A stretch of DNA of 64,000 bases from Amoebidium appalachense (lineage: Eukaryota > Protista > Ichthyosporea): NCBI GenBank assembly GCA_963693365.1, contig CAVNZM010000003.1, positions 13,610,914 through 13,674,913 of the forward strand, in the 5' to 3' direction. The notes beneath the pieces were generated by a model. It did not search any database. It was not told the origin of the DNA and saw nothing but the letters and a program-made list of their open reading frames with translations. This document shows, piece after piece, positions 60,587-64,000 of the stretch (positions within the stretch are counted from its first letter, which is position 1; every line of letters starts with the position of its first letter). A program made the translations under genes and the position numbers.

Positions 60587-63500
60587 TGCGCTATAATTTT
60601 GTAGTGATGTGTTTCTCAAGCCAATCAATACATCTAATAAACAGGTCGTAGTTACGCGTGTTTAGTATAAAATCAAGGATGTTGTAATTTACAGGTAGGC
60701 TATCTTTCTGGGTGTCTGTTGTGAATGTGACGTGTGTGTGTTGCGGTATTATGTGGTCTATCAAACTACATTTGGCGATACATGACCGGTTAAACTGGTG
60801 TGTGTGTGTGTTGTTTGGGCATGCAAATGATGCCACCTTATACTTATTAGATCTCCACTGTATAGCACGTGTACAGTAAAAGCGTGGTAATTGATCAATA
60901 ATACCATCAGCTAGAGAAAGACCAGTTCTACAGGAAGGTAATATGTATTTAGGTGTTATACACTTGCGAGTGCCATATTTGGCAATATGGTTGAGGCGGT
61001 CAGTATATATAAAACGAGACATAAGGCTTAGTTTTTCAAGGTGTATGCTTTCATCGGGTCTAGTGTCGTGTGGTATCTTTTTCCATTTGTTATATTGCGT
61101 GATTATCTTGTGATTGTGTACATGTTTAATAAGTAAGTGGCAGTCCAAAGTCACACACACACTATTGCGGGGTTTATTTGTATTTGTGCCCAGGGGAGAA
61201 GGGGAGAGAGAGGGGAGGAAAGAGGGGAGAGGTGAGGAGGGGACAGGTCGGATAGAGAAGAGAGGGTGGGAGGGCAAATACTTCTTTAAGCGGCTTATGT
61301 GCTTATTGAATTTCAGCGCGAGATAGGATACTCTAGCAGCTATTGGGACCAGACCATATATCGAGAGCGTTACAGGCCCAGGTTTACAACAGTTGTTAGA
61401 TAGAAAGGAGGCAACTTCTGCTTCAAGGAAATTTGCCAAGGGTTTAAGCGCTCTAGTTCTCTCTTTCTTGATCCAAGCGGCGAGAAGGGGTAAACCATAT
61501 TCACATGCCGGGAAGACAAAAGTGCGAATAAATGTAAGTCTAATAGAAGGATGGAGGGGTGTGTCTTTAAAAATATTAGCCGAGAAGAAAGCTAACCGCT
61601 TACGAGCCAACTCTACCCTCTTTTCGACCATATGGGGAAACATAACACCAACAGAATCAACCGGAACACCAAGATATTTGTATTCTGGAACTATAGGTAC
61701 AGGTTTAGATGATAATGTAAATGTGTGTAAATTGTTAGCTATATCAGGTACAAGAACACCACATTTGTCTATGTTAAGGATCATAAGGTTTGCCTTGCAC
61801 CACTCTGACACTACATCGAACAATCTTTGCAGGCGTCTAGGGGTACGGGCAAGGAGGGACAGATCATCAGCATAGAGAAGTGCAGGCGGAAAGTTATTAA
61901 TAGGGTCATCGTTTTCGGCGTAAATCTTGACAGCCAAATCATCTATAAATAGGTTAAACAAAAAGGGGCTAAGCAATGAACCCTGCAAGAGACCTCTAGT
62001 ACGAGCAAAACCATATGAAAGATGCCCATTAACCACAGCTCTACCATAGGTTTGAGACAAGAGTGCTTCTAACAGAACACCAATGCAGTGTGGTACACCC
62101 CGTGCAGCAAGCTTTTCCCATAGGAGACCAGGGGAGACAGAATCGTAAGCAGTTTTCCAATCAATAAAGCCAACATATTGTGCACCAACTTGCATAGAAT
62201 CGTGCAGTGCCATTATTTGAACATAACATGAATTGTTTTTACGAAAAGCGGATTGGCATGGGTGTATGTGAAGAATAGATTGAAACCTAGGGTGATGTGC
62301 AAATAACCTAAGTAAGCAAGCTTCAAAGAATCTACGAACAACCTGGGTTAGTGTAATGGGGCGAAAGGATGATATGGGGCCCTCAGAGTCCTTCTTAACT
62401 ATGGGGATCACTAAGGTATCTAACCAAGATGACGGGACATGTCCACATTTAACACACCAAGAAAAGAGAGAGCTTAACATGATAGTAAGATCAGGTTTAA
62501 TAGCACGATCACTTTCCTTTTGTGGGTAGGAGGGAACAAGGATTTTAAGAAACCCAGCAGGGAGTCCATCAGGTCCACAAGACTTACTAGAGCTATAACT
62601 AGATATCACAGACCATATGGCATCGGGACTGAAAAAGGGGAGGATCGATTCTATGGGGATAGATGGGTCTACAGGCCACACAATGGGTTTCTGAGCGGGG
62701 GTCCTATCTTTAAACAGTTCCGAGAAATACTTATCAGAGTCTATGAGGGGGTCTCCAGTGGTATCACCAATAATACGAGCAGGGGGGCCAAATCGATTCA
62801 TACTAGCAAGCCGGCGCAAGCTTTCCTTTTGAGACAGGGGTTCACCTAGTCTAGCGGGAGTGGTGTTTGGTAACAAGAGAGCATCGGGGTATTCCTTCCT
62901 ACCACCGCCAGCATAATCACCGAGATCTATCAAATCATCAACAATAAAGTTAGTGCATGTATCTAGTACGAGATGTGAATCTGGCCTGGCTTGTGCAGAT
63001 TCTAATAGGCGCATATATATAGGGTGTTTCGTAGCATAGCATACACATACATCAACTCTACCCCACTGTGACTTAAGCTGGGATAGACGGAGGCGAAAGG
63101 TGGGAGGGGGAGGGGGGAGCAGATCAAGGGAGATCTTAGGTAGGAAAAGGATAGGAGAGTGGTCAGATGACCTAGAGAGGTTAGGAGGGAGAGAGAGTTT
63201 TGACATGGTTGATGGCCAAAAGGCCACTCCCCAGTCGGTGTTGTGGGCATGGGATATTTGAGGGAACCGCAAAGTGTGACTTTGGACATACCTTGCTAAA
63301 GGGATAGCACGCTCCGGGGGCTTAGATGGGTACCCGACACTCACTTGCAGTGTGTCTGTGTGGTGGAGTCGCGTGTTAAAATCACCTAAAATAACAGTGG
63401 ACATTGGTAACTGTGACAACTCGTGAGTCAATTCGACAACCGACATAGATGGTGGGTAATATACAAAAGTATCATCCTATCATGTCATCTTTAGGTTTGG

Positions 63501-63990
63501 TATGGTAACATTGTGATAGCATTTTTCCCAGGTACATACATGCTCAGGCTAGCCAGAAAAGTTAAAAACACTCACACAATCTCCTTCTGTCCCAACCCAG
63601 TATGCAAAGACCTGGGAAAAGATCTGCAAGGTCCGGGAGAAGGCAGTCCTCAGCCTGTCAGCAGAAAGGCGATGTGGGTGGGAGGGTTGAGGATGATTAG
63701 AATGAGGAGGAATAGGGAAAGACCCCCCCCCCCCCCCGGAGGGAAAAAAAAAAGAATTAATACTTAGTTTATGTCTCTTTTGGTGTAGTCCCGGCCTCTG
63801 CAGGGGGGAGATAGGGGGGAGATGTAGACTTCGTATTTTATTTGTGTGATGATGTTTGTTTTGTTTTGTTTGTTTGTTTGTTGGTTTGTTTAGTTTGTTC
63901 GGTGAAAGCTTGACTCCTGTGGAGTCTAACAGAGTGAAATGGTCTCTATAATAGACTACTCCTGTGGAGTGAGACTTAGAAATTTTTTAA
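60449..63990 (-). mobile_element. Non-LTR retrotransposon (LINE) with APE endonuclease, RT and poly(A) tail
   Basis: Poly-T at 60449-60495 (poly-A on minus), short 3' UTR and a long ORF; the 5' part of the endonuclease is disrupted upstream of 63460. Confidence 0.9.
60591..63446 (-). CDS. pol: LINE ORF2-like protein (APE-RT, Cys/His C-terminus)
   Basis: VYYPP just upstream, VILGDFN, SDHSPI, GPDGLP, FRPITL, DWKTAYDSV, GLLQGSLLSPFLFNLFIDDL, LYADD, YKYLGV. Confidence 0.93.
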   Translation of the reverse strand: MSVVELTHELSQLPMSTVILGDFNTRLHHTDTLQVSVGYPSKPPERAIPLARYVQSHTLRFPQISHAHNTDWGVAFWPSTMSKLSLPPNLSRSSDHSPILFLPKISLDLLPPPPPTFRLRLSQLKSQWGRVDVCVCYATKHPIYMRLLESAQARPDSHLVLDTCTNFIVDDLIDLGDYAGGGRKEYPDALLLPNTTPARLGEPLSQKESLRRLASMNRFGPPARIIGDTTGDPLIDSDKYFSELFKDRTPAQKPIVWPVDPSIPIESILPFFSPDAIWSVISSYSSSKSCGPDGLPAGFLKILVPSYPQKESDRAIKPDLTIMLSSLFSWCVKCGHVPSSWLDTLVIPIVKKDSEGPISSFRPITLTQVVRRFFEACLLRLFAHHPRFQSILHIHPCQSAFRKNNSCYVQIMALHDSMQVGAQYVGFIDWKTAYDSVSPGLLWEKLAARGVPHCIGVLLEALLSQTYGRAVVNGHLSYGFARTRGLLQGSLLSPFLFNLFIDDLAVKIYAENDDPINNFPPALLYADDLSLLARTPRRLQRLFDVVSEWCKANLMILNIDKCGVLVPDIANNLHTFTLSSKPVPIVPEYKYLGVPVDSVGVMFPHMVEKRVELARKRLAFFSANIFKDTPLHPSIRLTFIRTFVFPACEYGLPLLAAWIKKERTRALKPLANFLEAEVASFLSNNCCKPGPVTLSIYGLVPIAARVSYLALKFNKHISRLKKYLPSHPLFSIRPVPSSPLPSFLPSLSPSPLGTNTNKPRNSVCVTLDCHLLIKHVHNHKIITQYNKWKKIPHDTRPDESIHLEKLSLMSRFIYTDRLNHIAKYGTRKCITPKYILPSCRTGLSLADGIIDQLPRFYCTRAIQWRSNKYKVASFACPNNTHTHQFNRSCIAKCSLIDHIIPQHTHVTFTTDTQKDSLPVNYNILDFILNTRNYDLFIRCIDWLEKHITTKL

Positions 63991-64000
63991 CATGAACAAC

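Overview
This is a eukaryotic, repeat-rich window (poly-C/G runs, (CA)n/(TG)n microsatellites, GT-AG intron remnants) made almost entirely of mobile DNA; no intact host gene is recognisable. From left to right it holds two convergent Ngaro-type tyrosine-recombinase retrotransposons (1.2-9.6 kb), microsatellite-rich DNA, a truncated Ty1/copia (20.1-22.4 kb), an approx. 35-kb composite element (approx. 22.4-57.8 kb), and an APE+RT LINE (60.4-64 kb). The composite element is the main finding. Its two arms are multi-kb inverted repeats: approx. 183-bp satellite arrays, a spliced Plavaka/CMC-type transposase remnant and an approx. 190-bp block. Inside are further tandem arrays (approx. 555-bp and 359-bp units) and a 12-kb intron-less Polinton-like-virus gene cassette. 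The cassette has a Polinton-type integrase, an N6-adenine methyltransferase, a minor-capsid/penton-like protein, three proteins sharing a fibre-type N-terminal module, a multi-TM protein and small ORFans, with a shared upstream motif. No major capsid protein, pPolB, packaging ATPase or protease was recognised. A full-length copia (itself carrying a tRNA-derived SINE) and a solo LTR inserted later into the left arm. All protein calls come from motif recognition by eye, not database searches.
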